From the IMG/VR virus record IMGVR_UViG_3300014613_000101, positions 1 through 25,268 of that record: a DNA stretch of 25,268 nucleotides. One strand, written 5' to 3'. The position numbers and the translations under genes are program-made. Source of the stretch: a virus (lineage: Duplodnaviria; Caudoviricetes). Below the pieces are notes generated by a model. The model was not told where the DNA came from and made no database searches. It was given only the letters and a program-made list of their open reading frames with translations. Positions 24,689 to 25,268 of the stretch are shown in pieces (position 1 is the stretch's first letter; every line of letters begins with the position of its first letter).

Positions 24689-24717
24689 TTGACAAAAATC
24701 AAATGCAGTAACATTAT
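24689..24717 (+). promoter_or_regulatory. Candidate sigma70-type promoter
   Basis: TTGACA-N17-CATTAT with A-rich upstream tract, 56 nt before ATG 24774. Confidence 0.55.
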
Positions 24718-24773
24718 ATAAAGCAAAAGCCGGTCCAGATTACTTTAACTTAAAACAAAGAGAGGAAGAAAAA

Positions 24774-25268
24774 ATGAAAAGGAGTGACAAGATAAACCGC
24801 CTTAAAGCAAAATATGGCGATGGTGTTATCTCTGATTTTGTGATTACAATATGGTTAAAGGATTTTAAACTTAAAGCCTTAACTCAGAAATACAATATGT
24901 CCTCAGACGTAAGTAAAAGGATATTTGAATTCTTAAATTCCACTACTTACCATGAGTTTCTTACTAAAAAACGTATACAAAAGAAAGCACAAATTGCAGC
25001 GGACAAAAAAGACCCATATAAACGATTTGAACATTCTAAAGGCACTAATAATGTTCATAAAGGAACATTAGGAGAGATCCGTTTGTTTGAGGTATGCAAA
25101 GAAAAAGGCTTTGATATTATTCCTGTATTCAATCGAATTGATTACAAAATAAATGGGAAAAAAGTAGAATTGAAAACAAGATTCTCTTCCGTTAAAACTA
25201 ACTATAGTAGAAAGGATAGCAAACGGTTCTATAATTTTGGTCGGATATCAGACAAGGAATGGAAAAAT
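24774..25268 (+). CDS. Putative PD-(D/E)xK superfamily endonuclease, truncated at the right edge (>165 aa)
   Basis: Manual translation open to the edge; GAGG SD; KGTLGEIRLFEVCKEKGF...RIDYKINGKKVELKT supplies the E..D..ExK catalytic pattern. Confidence 0.7.
   Translation, partial: MKRSDKINRLKAKYGDGVISDFVITIWLKDFKLKALTQKYNMSSDVSKRIFEFLNSTTYHEFLTKKRIQKKAQIAADKKDPYKRFEHSKGTNNVHKGTLGEIRLFEVCKEKGFDIIPVFNRIDYKINGKKVELKTRFSSVKTNYSRKDSKRFYNFGRISDKEWKN

Noticed and set aside
1-25268. Stop-codon reassignment (alternative genetic code)
   Set aside because: All expected genes are full length in code 11, and TAA, TAG and TGA all serve as genuine stops; the apparent gap at 1-5760 is just an ORF running off the edge

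Overview
The window is a nearly complete virion-morphogenesis region of a long-tailed (siphovirus-like) phage or prophage, encoded on the - strand from about 22.8 kb down to the left edge. Gene order: terS, PBSX-type terL, a 48-aa ORF, HK97-family portal with a MuF-like C-terminal extension, prohead protease fused in-frame to a class I SAM methyltransferase, two accessory head ORFs, HK97-fold capsid, decoration and neck genes, tail tube, G/GT chaperone with a -1 frameshift, tape measure, lambda M/L-like and NlpC/P60 tail-tip genes. The module ends in a >1920-aa I+J+fibre protein (5760 to the left edge) that the ORF track does not list; I translated it by hand and found no stop. Right of terS is a strand-switch region with two divergent paralogous small genes (~55% aa identity by manual alignment). 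They flank back-to-back sigma54-type -24/-12 motifs and a family of CCGGTTYGG repeats. A truncated PD-(D/E)xK nuclease-like gene closes the window. The best candidates for something new are (1) the protease-methyltransferase 'head cargo' cassette and (2) the divergent paralog pair with its symmetric regulatory region. All family calls come from motif recognition by eye; no database search was run, and the host cannot be determined.
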